NCBI GenBank assembly: GCA_963664875.1 | Contig: OY761611.1 | Span: 1-64,000, forward strand | DNA from: Candidatus Kapaibacterium sp. | Lineage (GTDB): Bacteria; Bacteroidota; Ignavibacteria; Kapaibacteriales; UBA2268 | Direction of reading: 5' to 3' | Length of the DNA: 64,000 bases | Shown: positions 27,032 through 36,679 of the stretch, in pieces | Position numbering within the stretch: the stretch's first letter is position 1 | How the letters are laid out: the number at the start of each line of letters is the position of its first letter | The notes under the pieces: model-generated | The model's input: the letters and a program-made list of their open reading frames with translations, nothing else | Told to the model about the DNA's origin: nothing | The model's database searches: none | Position numbers and translations under genes: made by a program

Positions 27032-28492
27032 TTATTTTAATGAAAGTGTATTTTTAATTCTATCAATAAAAGCTTTTTCTTGATTAGATAACTCCTCTTG
27101 TTTTACTTCATCCAATTTCCCTAGATTTGCAATTCCATCTACAATGAACGTCCCTTTCCCGCCAAACCACTCTTCTGAGTATGGGGATTTTTTATTTGGC
27201 CAATCATTTTCCCAATCTGAGTCAATTGGATAAAGCAGACCTCCAGCTACAAGTTTGTCTTTACTCTCTTTCTGATAAAATGACATATAAGAATGAATCT
27301 GATAAAAATCACTTCTATCTACATCTCCTTCGCTAATTCCAATTTTTCCTTGGAATTTCATTCTCTTATATTTTGCATCAAATACAGCAACTCGACCATC
27401 ATCATGCCTTAAAACTAAATCAGGATACATATGTCGGCTATAAAAACTGTTTTCATACAGATTTAGCTCCTCTTGTGCATTTACAGTCCAACCATCTGCT
27501 GATAAAGTATGACGGAGCAACTTTTCGAGATAGACTTCCCACAAATCTGCAATGTTTAGCAGATATGATCCTGCGTGTTTATTTCCTTTTCCTGATAAAT
27601 CATAATGATCTAATTCCAACAGAATTCCGGCATAATCTAAAATCGACTTGAATGATGCATATATAGGGTTGCTAAGTGATTTATGGTTCGTAGCACGCCG
27701 AAATATTTCCATTGTTACGCGTGTTTTCTTTGTTTCTTGTTTTAATGTATTTCTGACCTCACTCAACTTACCAGTAATACCTGTACCGAAGATTTCTTCA
27801 ATGCTGTCAAGAGCATTGCTCAACACTACCATAATCTCAGGTACCAAGAGGCGTTCCCGGGTTTTCGAGGAAATATTCCCTTTAATAGGAATATCTTTAT
27901 TGATAAATCTATTAAAATCTACATTGCCATGAACTTTTATGTCATGGTAATTGACTGTTTGATAGCTGCTGGGCAATCCAAGCAAACTTGCCTTGCTCAG
28001 TTTTTGTAAAAATAAATGCCCAATTATTCTTTTAATAAATTCGGTTTTATTTGTTTGCTTTTGTACTTTAATTGTAACGTCGCTTAAAAATATATCATCT
28101 GCGACATTGAGCATCCTGTTTAGGAGAACTTCAGAAAATCGCGAACCAATTTCAATATCAACATTTTTCCAAGTGATCTTCCCAATGTAATTCCCGGTTC
28201 TTACATTGAATTTATATTTATTATCTTCAAGATCTTCTCTGTTGATTGAAATAATAAATTCATCTTCCTCTCTTTTTTTTACTTTTAAGTGAGGAATTAT
28301 TGGTATCAATGTATTATCTGGAGATTTTTTTAGAAAATCTGCTAATGTAAGATTTATTGGAAAATATCCTTTATTTAGATTTTTACCTTCACATTTGTAT
28401 TTTGATTCTCCTATTACAAAATTTTTATCTCCATTTGGCTCATTTTTTATATAATCAGAATTAAAATTATCGACAGTTTCAATTTTCGCCAT
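27032..28492 (-). CDS. mcrC: McrC-family restriction endonuclease subunit
   Basis: GNYIG, LWEVY, YPDLV, FDAKYK, DFYQIHSY; overlaps the mcrB stop. Confidence 0.88.
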   Translation of the reverse strand: MAKIETVDNFNSDYIKNEPNGDKNFVIGESKYKCEGKNLNKGYFPINLTLADFLKKSPDNTLIPIIPHLKVKKREEDEFIISINREDLEDNKYKFNVRTGNYIGKITWKNVDIEIGSRFSEVLLNRMLNVADDIFLSDVTIKVQKQTNKTEFIKRIIGHLFLQKLSKASLLGLPSSYQTVNYHDIKVHGNVDFNRFINKDIPIKGNISSKTRERLLVPEIMVVLSNALDSIEEIFGTGITGKLSEVRNTLKQETKKTRVTMEIFRRATNHKSLSNPIYASFKSILDYAGILLELDHYDLSGKGNKHAGSYLLNIADLWEVYLEKLLRHTLSADGWTVNAQEELNLYENSFYSRHMYPDLVLRHDDGRVAVFDAKYKRMKFQGKIGISEGDVDRSDFYQIHSYMSFYQKESKDKLVAGGLLYPIDSDWENDWPNKKSPYSEEWFGGKGTFIVDGIANLGKLDEVKQEELSNQEKAFIDRIKNTLSLK

Positions 28493-30284
28493 TTGTTGCC
28501 TTTTCTTCATTATTATTCTTTGGGCCGAAGCTCCTTATTGCTTCTTCAAAAACAGATTTTACTTTATCCTCAATTTCATTTTCTGAGAAAAATGGGCGCA
28601 AATATTCTTTTAATAGAGGTTTAAGAAAATTATTTTTAAGAAATAGGATGTTATTTTTGTTTATCCTTCCTTTAGAGGAATTAATCTTCATAAAATAACT
28701 GTGACCAATCTGATAATCCTTAGATAATCCTAAATCTGTAATTTTTTCATTTACTTTCTCAGCATATGCGATAAATTCTGTTAAGCTTTCCGTATCAATG
28801 TATTCTGACAATTCTTCATATATGGCTTGTGGGTTAAAAATAAACTCCAACCAAATAAATCGGCGACGTAAAGCAAGATCAAAGCTATCAATTGATTTAT
28901 CTGTAGTATTCATAGTACCAATAACAATTACATTTTCCGGGATAAAAAATTCTTTATCTTCTTCCTTTCTTAGTGTTGAATATTGTGTCTTTATCTTTCC
29001 TTCTTCACCTCTATACTCAAGGCAATACAACAATTCTCCAAACACACGCGACAGTTCTGCTCTGTTAATTTCATCTATTATGAAGTAATAATTCTCTTCT
29101 TTACCTTTGGCTTTTTTACAGAAATTTCTGAACACTCCATCTTTTAATTCAAATTGAAGCCCTGATGTTGTATCAATTTTTATTGGGCGTATACCTTCAA
29201 TAAAATCTTCGTATGAAAAGGAAGAATGAAATTGCACAATTTCTATTCTATCTTTTAAATTTTCATTTTTGTTCTTATCATATTCTTCTATAATTCTTTT
29301 TGCATTATATGTTTTTCCTGTACCGGGAGCTCCGTATAGGATAATATTTTTACTATTGCCATCTTTCAAAACATCTAAGAATTTATTAGCATTGTCAGCA
29401 GCAGCATTTTTTTTCTTCTTTTCACTTTGATTGACATACTTATAAGCGGCATCATAGAAGGCAACAACATCTCCATTATTTGTACCAATATTGCCGTTCC
29501 CTTGGTATTTATCTAGAACATTGAAGAATTGATCAACAAGAATATTGGCTTTTACAGTTACCGAAGATTGTGTTATTTCTTCTTTTATCTGTTCTGCAAC
29601 ATACAGGCGCTGATCATCTTTTAGCTTAGGCCAATCTGTCTTTTTTGAGTATACATCTTTTTCGATTTCTATTATATAATCAGTAGCCTTTCTCATACAG
29701 CCATTTGTTAAAAAAATCTCTTCATTTTCGTAAAACAAGAAAGTGTTAATTGCACTTTTGGGGAAGCCATTTTTTTTCCAAGATTTAATATCCTCTTGGT
29801 TATAATTGGAAAATTTATTTTCCCATGCTTTCTTGAAGTTATCTTCTTGTAGAGTATGATCTTTGTAATATAGTTGGTCCTTGTTAGTAATTACTTCACA
29901 TAAGAAACTTGCAAAGGCAGTTAATTTATTTGCTATATATGGATCTAATATATCTTGATCAATATCTTCTTTAATTTTATTTACATTATATTCTTCTTTG
30001 TCAATATACAAAAGAGCAAGCAGATCAAATCCTTTAATATGCAAAGGATTGTAGCCGTCTATAAAATCTGAACTCCAAATTGAAAGTACTGCTTTAAGTT
30101 TTTGTTTTTCGTCTTCACCTTTAAGGAGCTTAAATTTATTTTCCCAATCCTTATATCGTTTTAGATTGATATGATGACCTATGTAGTCTTTTTCCTGCGA
30201 TTGCTTCACTAAATCACAAAAATTATTAACCAGATTATCCAAACTAATGTTTTTATTATCCAGTAAATTGAATTCTTCACTCAT
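28479..30284 (-). CDS. mcrB: McrB-family AAA+ GTPase
   Basis: GAPGTGKT, QFHSSFSYEDFIEGIRP, IIDEINRA, MNTTDKSI...ALRRRF, IGHSYF; AGGA RBS before ATG 30284. Confidence 0.92.
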   Translation of the reverse strand: MSEEFNLLDNKNISLDNLVNNFCDLVKQSQEKDYIGHHINLKRYKDWENKFKLLKGEDEKQKLKAVLSIWSSDFIDGYNPLHIKGFDLLALLYIDKEEYNVNKIKEDIDQDILDPYIANKLTAFASFLCEVITNKDQLYYKDHTLQEDNFKKAWENKFSNYNQEDIKSWKKNGFPKSAINTFLFYENEEIFLTNGCMRKATDYIIEIEKDVYSKKTDWPKLKDDQRLYVAEQIKEEITQSSVTVKANILVDQFFNVLDKYQGNGNIGTNNGDVVAFYDAAYKYVNQSEKKKKNAAADNANKFLDVLKDGNSKNIILYGAPGTGKTYNAKRIIEEYDKNKNENLKDRIEIVQFHSSFSYEDFIEGIRPIKIDTTSGLQFELKDGVFRNFCKKAKGKEENYYFIIDEINRAELSRVFGELLYCLEYRGEEGKIKTQYSTLRKEEDKEFFIPENVIVIGTMNTTDKSIDSFDLALRRRFIWLEFIFNPQAIYEELSEYIDTESLTEFIAYAEKVNEKITDLGLSKDYQIGHSYFMKINSSKGRINKNNILFLKNNFLKPLLKEYLRPFFSENEIEDKVKSVFEEAIRSFGPKNNNEEKATNGEN

Positions 30285-30482
30285 TATATTTTCCTTTATA
30301 TGTAAAATTTGTTTAATAGAATTGCTGCAAGCAATTTGTTGATGTAAAACTATGATAGCTATGCGCATCAGTTATATATTAAATACTAAAAACTCAAATA
30401 GTACTTTAATCCTACTTGTTAAATAATTTACAAAACAATATATTCATAAACAACTTATAAATATATTGACAAGCTAATATTA

Positions 30483-30857
30483 TTACTCATCCCAACTTTC
30501 AGGCCAAAACCTTGTTTCGTAATAATGAACAATAGATATAAGTTCTTCAGATACTTTCTTCGGTGTTTCATGAGCTAAATCACTTAACTTAAAGAAAATA
30601 CAATTTATGCTTCTGTACTCGCCTTCCACTTCCTCATCATAAATACTATAATCCTCATCATAGTTTTCCTTGACATATTCCAACAGTTCTGAGATGTTTA
30701 AACCATCAACTTCTAAATCATTCTCGATTGCATAGTTTAGTATCTCTTCGGCAATGCCGATTTCTATCAGTTCTGCTATTGCGAGCTCATCATCTTCTAA
30801 AGCATCCCATGTAGCAAATTCTTTATCGATATACTTAAGTAATTCCTGCTTTGTCAT
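30483..30857 (-). CDS. Highly acidic hypothetical protein
   Basis: 124 aa, D/E-rich, 4-bp overlap with the upstream gene. Confidence 0.75.
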   Translation of the reverse strand: MTKQELLKYIDKEFATWDALEDDELAIAELIEIGIAEEILNYAIENDLEVDGLNISELLEYVKENYDEDYSIYDEEVEGEYRSINCIFFKLSDLAHETPKKVSEELISIVHYYETRFWPESWDE

Positions 30858-31948
30858 AAAAATTCTCCAAATAAATAGTCACTAACAGCTTCCCAATCAG
30901 GAATTGCCGATGACCCAAATTGAATCAATTGTCCCGAGAAATTTTCAGAATCACTGTTAGGCGAATCATCTATTAGATAATCACCTTTGAGTAAGTTTTT
31001 ATGATGTGAGATTATCAATCTATTGTAGAGTGCGCTATCACTGTCGGCACCAAAGTATTTCTGAAGCCAATGCAATCTAAGCTGCCATACAGAGGGCTTG
31101 AGCCATGGGGCAGTAGCAAGCACATAAATATCATAATACTCAGCAAACATCTTTACTGTTTCTATAGCACCCTCAAACGGAGTCAACTTAGAGAAAATTC
31201 CGGGCACTTCGTCATACTTATCTTTATATTTTTCTCTCATCTCAGAATCTAATTGTCCGATTGCGGTATTGAAATCAGCTATAACATTGTCCATGTTGAT
31301 ATAGAGTATCTTTTTGATTGCAAATTTCTCTTCATCATGGATTTGAAATAGGTCATCATAATCGTCAACAAGCAAGTATAACTTTATTGTTCTCAGGTAA
31401 TCTTTCAAATTGTTGAATTGGTGACCGCCATCTTCGCTGATGAAAACATCTTTTATTACATTCGTAAAAATAGAACGAAACTTATCAAAATTATCTTTAC
31501 TGATCCGCTCATCATCTGTATTCCGATAGATTTGCAATATTTGACCATGCTGCTTAGATAATAAATGAGAAATTTCTGTTTTGAACTGCTGAAATGAATC
31601 TAACTCCTGATTAGACAGAAGCTCTACCAAAGTTTCTTCAGGGAAATAACTTGGGTTTAGTAGGGCCGTTTTCAAATTGTATTTTAATGCTGCATAAATT
31701 GCAGGTATTGAACCAAGAGAAGAAGCTATTAAGTATATATTACAGCCCTTATGTTCTGCAATAAGCTTATCAATTGAACTAATATCAGCACTCCAATTGT
31801 AAGTTTGAGCGTATTCAATTACTTGGAAGTTTTCAACTTCTTTTTCAAAATATTCTTTAACTTGAAGATATTTCGAAGAGTTTACTCCTTCGAGGTTTCG
31901 TTCCTCTATGCTTCGAAAACCGGAGAAATAAATAAATAAGTGTTTCAT
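30854..31948 (-). CDS. YqiA/YcfP-like alpha/beta hydrolase fused to an NT5C-like HAD nucleotidase
   Basis: SGFRS, ASSLG, LLNP, GGHQF; then YINMDNVIADF, ATAPW, HHKNLLKGDYLIDD. Confidence 0.82.
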   Translation of the reverse strand: MKHLFIYFSGFRSIEERNLEGVNSSKYLQVKEYFEKEVENFQVIEYAQTYNWSADISSIDKLIAEHKGCNIYLIASSLGSIPAIYAALKYNLKTALLNPSYFPEETLVELLSNQELDSFQQFKTEISHLLSKQHGQILQIYRNTDDERISKDNFDKFRSIFTNVIKDVFISEDGGHQFNNLKDYLRTIKLYLLVDDYDDLFQIHDEEKFAIKKILYINMDNVIADFNTAIGQLDSEMREKYKDKYDEVPGIFSKLTPFEGAIETVKMFAEYYDIYVLATAPWLKPSVWQLRLHWLQKYFGADSDSALYNRLIISHHKNLLKGDYLIDDSPNSDSENFSGQLIQFGSSAIPDWEAVSDYLFGEFL

Positions 31949-31983
31949 ATATATTCCAAATAAACACACAAAAAAGATATACT

Positions 31984-32016
31984 AATATAAAACCTTAAGC
32001 GACAAAAAGTGACACA
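31984..32016 (-). promoter_or_regulatory. Island box 5
   Basis: Sense TGTGTC-ACTTTTT-GTCGCT; TGTCGC-N9-TATATT. Confidence 0.78.
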
Positions 32017-32080
32017 AGTGTATATTTTATAAAATTATAGTATAAATATCATAACCTATGTATATTCAATGTTATAATAC

Positions 32081-35029
32081 CTACGCCTCAAATACCGGTC
32101 TATCATAAACCGTCAATCCAAGTCGCCAATTCAAGGCTTCTTCTACTGTCCTGATTCTTGGTTCAACTCCTTCTATATGTCGCTCGCCTGTGGTAGGATT
32201 TACCATAATCAGGTAGGGGAGTGTCCTTGTGTCGCTGCCATCTACTAAGTAAAGGAGACCTAATTGGTAGTCGTCTTGGGTATCAACTATATCTAAGTCA
32301 AGGTTTTGCAAGAAGCGTTCGTAACCGAAATAGCGTATCAAAAGATCACGAGTAGTAACATTGCTTACTTTTAATATTTGCTTTGCCACCATTTTATGGT
32401 TGTCAGATAAAATCCACCCGGGTATGCTGTTTGTATTCCATGCACCCAATACAGATTCAAACTCCAAAGGAGGCATACCTTCCTGAAAATTGATGCTGAA
32501 CTTGCAATTATTATAATTATTCTTAGGGAAGTTCTTCGGATCTCTAAGCATAAACTGGAATGTATCATTTTTATCGTACCATACATAGTCGCAATACAAA
32601 TATATCTCTGTAAGTAATGATATTATTTCGCTTGTTTTGCTATCTACGTTTACCACATACCTGAGCAATGCATCATACATCCACAGACGAACAAGAAACA
32701 TATTAACAGAATAGCTCATATTGCTATACAGAAATTCCAAAAAAGCATGAGAACGAATATGTTCATCACTTTCAATCGCACTTATCGCATCCTCTATATC
32801 ATTCCTTTTTGAGCCACCGGTGTACATGAGATGTGTAAGCAAGTCTGTGTAAACATCTGTGAAAATATGATCTAAATCAACGCTGTCATGTAATTCGTCA
32901 GTGCTTCCTCTGCTACTCAGGATATATTCATGAGTCAAAACCAGATATCTGCCTGCAGTTTGTTCTACTGTTTTGCCATCTATCTTGATTTTGTAGTCAA
33001 TATCTAAATCTGAATGATTCAGCGGATATTCCTCATCAGTATCTACTTTTTCAATGGAATGGCTGCAGAAGTCATGTTGCATTAAAAAAGAATTGTGGCT
33101 TTTTAAGTTACTTCTGAATCTGTCACCTGACTTCTGCAATAGCATTGAATTTCCCTGTTTGACAAGAGAAAGCAACTCATTCCTTTCAGCTTGATTTACT
33201 ATCTTTATATTATTTATACCCAAGAGCGATGCTAATCGTTCTAAACTTTTTTGAACTTCTGTTGTGGTATCTTCCATGCTAAGATTTGGCTTGCAAAACC
33301 GATCTCTTAGATTTGTTAAATGATTAAGTATATTAGATGCCTGCTCAAATAACAGCTCAATCTTAAATGAATCTATAAATACAAAAGGCCCTTGCTTTTT
33401 CATGCTGAATCCTATGGATTTTTGAATATTTTCAATTGTATGAATATTTTCAATAGTATAATTAGTTTTAGATGGGTTTAGATATTCTTTTTGTGAGAAA
33501 ATCTGAATATAATCCGGCAGTATTTTGCATCGTTTGGTATTAGGATTTGCGATTAGAGAGAGTCTTAATTCCTCACCAAAATCTACAAACACATCCCCAC
33601 AATCATCCTGAACTGCAAACAATTTATACTTAACAGTTTTTTGTTCTAAAAAATGATTTACATAGTACTCTTTAGCTTCTTTTACGGAGAATAATGATTT
33701 ACGGACTTTTTCAGGGAAAATTATCATTTGCTTTTCTTGATGGTCAGCAAAGCACAATTTGAGCTCCTCATCAGATTCTATTCTAAATAGAATAAACTGA
33801 TTATCAACATCTATTACATCAAATAATCTCATGATATTTTGCAGAGAAAAATCTTGTAATACATTGAAATTAGTTCTGTTTAGATGAAAGTTGTGCTTGA
33901 AAAACTTACGCAAAGAATTAGATGCGATTAAAACATTTTGCTCTGTGTCGTAATCGTTAATATCTATAAGTGCTGAAAAATCTTTAGAATTTATATCACT
34001 AAGATCGAAAGGAATTGGAGGTATTCGTACTGCGTCTCCATAGTTAACCGTTGCGAAATTGTTATTTGCAGAATGTTGATTTCTTAAAGATATATACTTA
34101 CTTTCTCTAGCTTTAATGAGTAATCCATCTGAGTTAGGAGCGAAGTCAGTCCAAAACTCAAAATTATTTCCGTCAATCTTGAATTTATGCTTGAAGAAGT
34201 TGTAACTTTTCAAGTCTTCTTCAATGTATATAGAATTTAAAGAAAATGTTTTAGCATTGTTTAAAGTTATATCTATATTCAGAGTAGAAAGTAGCAAAAG
34301 TGCATTTAGTATATCGTTTTCCGGTTCGTCCAAAATAAAACCTAAACCCCTAATTGCATCATACAGCCAAAATATATGCCTTTGTGATAAACTGAAATCT
34401 TTCAAATAATTGCAATACAGGTAATTTATAAACTGTAAATATTTATTATCAAAAGCATATTGTGATTTAAAATCCAAATTACCAAATATCATTATATTAG
34501 AGTTATACCTAAAGTCAGATTCTTCGATTATTCGCCTGAATAGTAAATTGTCGTTGGGATAAGCATAATGTTCAAATGGAAAAGAGGGACAATTTCTAAA
34601 TATTTTATAATATCTGCCACAAGCGAAATAGAATCTGGACGCAAGTACTTTTGATGATAATTCAAAATCAATATTATCAATCAAATCCAAATCTTCAGTT
34701 TCTCTATTTACCTCTATTTCAATTGTCAAAACAGAATTTGAAGTGTCAGGATTTTTTAATTGGACATCTTCAATTTTCCTGACATTGTTTTCAGTAGCGT
34801 GATACATGCGGCTATCTGTTCTTATTTCTGCTTGAGTCAATAGTATCGCAGGCTCTGAAATACAAATATAATCAGCTACCACTCTGAGAGCATCTACTAT
34901 ATCCTGCTCTCCGCAATCATTGTCATTGTTATAATACTTCTGCTTCCAATAATCCATTCTATCAAGGACTTGTTGTATTTGAGCAGGTGAGAGCTGGAAG
35001 CCTTCTTTGTTTTGTTTGCAGTCTTGCAT
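32081..35029 (-). CDS. Large DUF6745-like protein with apparently two tandem units
   Basis: N-terminal LSPAQ..RMDYW; WLYDA and WMYDA motifs; C-terminal MVNPTTGERHIEGV...ALNWRLGLTVYDRPVFEA nearly identical to the 399-aa paralogue. Confidence 0.8.
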   Translation of the reverse strand: MQDCKQNKEGFQLSPAQIQQVLDRMDYWKQKYYNNDNDCGEQDIVDALRVVADYICISEPAILLTQAEIRTDSRMYHATENNVRKIEDVQLKNPDTSNSVLTIEIEVNRETEDLDLIDNIDFELSSKVLASRFYFACGRYYKIFRNCPSFPFEHYAYPNDNLLFRRIIEESDFRYNSNIMIFGNLDFKSQYAFDNKYLQFINYLYCNYLKDFSLSQRHIFWLYDAIRGLGFILDEPENDILNALLLLSTLNIDITLNNAKTFSLNSIYIEEDLKSYNFFKHKFKIDGNNFEFWTDFAPNSDGLLIKARESKYISLRNQHSANNNFATVNYGDAVRIPPIPFDLSDINSKDFSALIDINDYDTEQNVLIASNSLRKFFKHNFHLNRTNFNVLQDFSLQNIMRLFDVIDVDNQFILFRIESDEELKLCFADHQEKQMIIFPEKVRKSLFSVKEAKEYYVNHFLEQKTVKYKLFAVQDDCGDVFVDFGEELRLSLIANPNTKRCKILPDYIQIFSQKEYLNPSKTNYTIENIHTIENIQKSIGFSMKKQGPFVFIDSFKIELLFEQASNILNHLTNLRDRFCKPNLSMEDTTTEVQKSLERLASLLGINNIKIVNQAERNELLSLVKQGNSMLLQKSGDRFRSNLKSHNSFLMQHDFCSHSIEKVDTDEEYPLNHSDLDIDYKIKIDGKTVEQTAGRYLVLTHEYILSSRGSTDELHDSVDLDHIFTDVYTDLLTHLMYTGGSKRNDIEDAISAIESDEHIRSHAFLEFLYSNMSYSVNMFLVRLWMYDALLRYVVNVDSKTSEIISLLTEIYLYCDYVWYDKNDTFQFMLRDPKNFPKNNYNNCKFSINFQEGMPPLEFESVLGAWNTNSIPGWILSDNHKMVAKQILKVSNVTTRDLLIRYFGYERFLQNLDLDIVDTQDDYQLGLLYLVDGSDTRTLPYLIMVNPTTGERHIEGVEPRIRTVEEALNWRLGLTVYDRPVFEA

Positions 35030-35089
35030 GATTATATTGACCTTTGATAGAATTTTAAAATACCATATTTAGAGTTTAGATAATATAGC

Positions 35090-36487
35090 CTATTTAGAAA
35101 GTATTGGTTCATCATCCCTTGCCATTTGTGGAGACTCTTCTTCGTCTAAATTTATGTTATATGCACCTGTAGAATTGTCTTTGAAGAACTTTCGATTGCA
35201 ACTTAAAGTTCTAAGAAGAGAGCAGTTTATTGGCTTGTCTTTGTCCCTAATGCTTGAAAATTCATAAGGAGGCAAGTACTTCAGGTGTGAAAACTTATGA
35301 TATATCACGAAAATGGCATAAAACTCTGTCCTTTTTAAATCTTGTATTGTGAAATTGAGAGATCCAAGGCTCAAACCATAATTAGGCGCATCTGAAAAAT
35401 CACCAAATTCATTGGTCATGTGTATCTCATCTTCAATATACCATGTCTTTGCCCTATGCATAGGTTCATCCCACTCATCAACACAATCCTGTTTCTCGTA
35501 AAAAAGTTCTAAATACGATTCATCAGTAATTTCTTCAGAGTATTTGTGTGCAGTGATATGAAACCCATCTCGATATATGCCTCTATGATTAGTAAAAAAC
35601 TCAATTTCCTGTCCTTTAATCAAAACTGTATTTTTATAATTTTTCAAATAGTCTTCTTTTCTTTCTTCATTGGCTGGATAAATGGTAATCTGACCTTCTG
35701 TGTTCACTATAAAATAGAAATCGGCTTGATTAAGAGATACAGCTGCATCAAGTATCTTATTGATTTCATAATTATATTCATGAAGATATTTATCTCCAAT
35801 AAATCGCAGAGCGTCATAAAGCCAAATTGCATTCCGATAGTCACTACCAACATAATCTTCATAGTTGCAGTAGAGGAAGTTAAGCAATTGTATCACTTCA
35901 TTATCCTTAACTTCCTTTTGCTCAGGATCTACTGATCCAAATATTCCATCGTGCAATTCACTTCTGAAATCACTCCTCTCAAATAAATATTTTAAAAGAG
36001 AAGCATTTTCGCAAAACTTATCTTCTACAGCTGCTTGATGTCTTAAATCTCTAAATATTTGTAAAAAGTCACCTCCTACTACATAAGATATTGCCGGAGT
36101 GTTATAGTTATGGAACCGAAAATATGCTTTGTCTTCTTTGTAATGTGTTATATCTTCAATATGTACAATCAGTGATTTTTCAGATTTATCATATATTTTG
36201 TTATTCTGATAGTGTTTTCTTATTTCAACATCAGCCAAGTCTAAAAGGTTTGGTGTAAATAAATCTATCTCTAAAAATATATCCATTTCATTAGAGACCA
36301 GCTCAATTTTTGGATTTGCGATACCTACATACTCAGCTATAAGTCTGACAGCAGATACCAATTCCTGATAACTCACATTACTTCCGTCATTGGAGTAGTA
36401 TCTGTCTCTCAAATAATCCATTCTTCCAAGCAATTTATCTATCTGCTCTTTTGTTAAATCAAAATCTTCAGCTCTTTTGGTATCCAT
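35090..36487 (-). CDS. Paralogue of the N-terminal unit of the 982-aa protein
   Basis: LTKEQ..RMDY, SDFR, IFG, NFLYCNY and WLYDA shared; start reassigned to ATG 36487. Confidence 0.8.
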   Translation of the reverse strand: MDTKRAEDFDLTKEQIDKLLGRMDYLRDRYYSNDGSNVSYQELVSAVRLIAEYVGIANPKIELVSNEMDIFLEIDLFTPNLLDLADVEIRKHYQNNKIYDKSEKSLIVHIEDITHYKEDKAYFRFHNYNTPAISYVVGGDFLQIFRDLRHQAAVEDKFCENASLLKYLFERSDFRSELHDGIFGSVDPEQKEVKDNEVIQLLNFLYCNYEDYVGSDYRNAIWLYDALRFIGDKYLHEYNYEINKILDAAVSLNQADFYFIVNTEGQITIYPANEERKEDYLKNYKNTVLIKGQEIEFFTNHRGIYRDGFHITAHKYSEEITDESYLELFYEKQDCVDEWDEPMHRAKTWYIEDEIHMTNEFGDFSDAPNYGLSLGSLNFTIQDLKRTEFYAIFVIYHKFSHLKYLPPYEFSSIRDKDKPINCSLLRTLSCNRKFFKDNSTGAYNINLDEEESPQMARDDEPILSK

Positions 36488-36517
36488 TTTTATCTCTGAT
36501 AGTTTTACTTCTATGCA

Positions 36518-36550
36518 AATAAACGTGTTGAAGTGACAATATATGTCGTA
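36518..36550 (-). promoter_or_regulatory. Island box 6, in the divergent intergenic region upstream of the WYL gene
   Basis: Minus-strand TACGAC-ATATATT-GTCACT; TGTCAC-N9-TTTATT. Confidence 0.72.
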
Positions 36551-36679
36551 GATATTTTGATTTATCACTAAACTTTGTAACTCAAAAAATACATTTTTAA
36601 ATACAAAACTATCCGTCAAGTTCAGTCGCTTTGGTACAGATATTGCAGTAAAAGTAATTTTCAATTTCGGAAAATAGAA

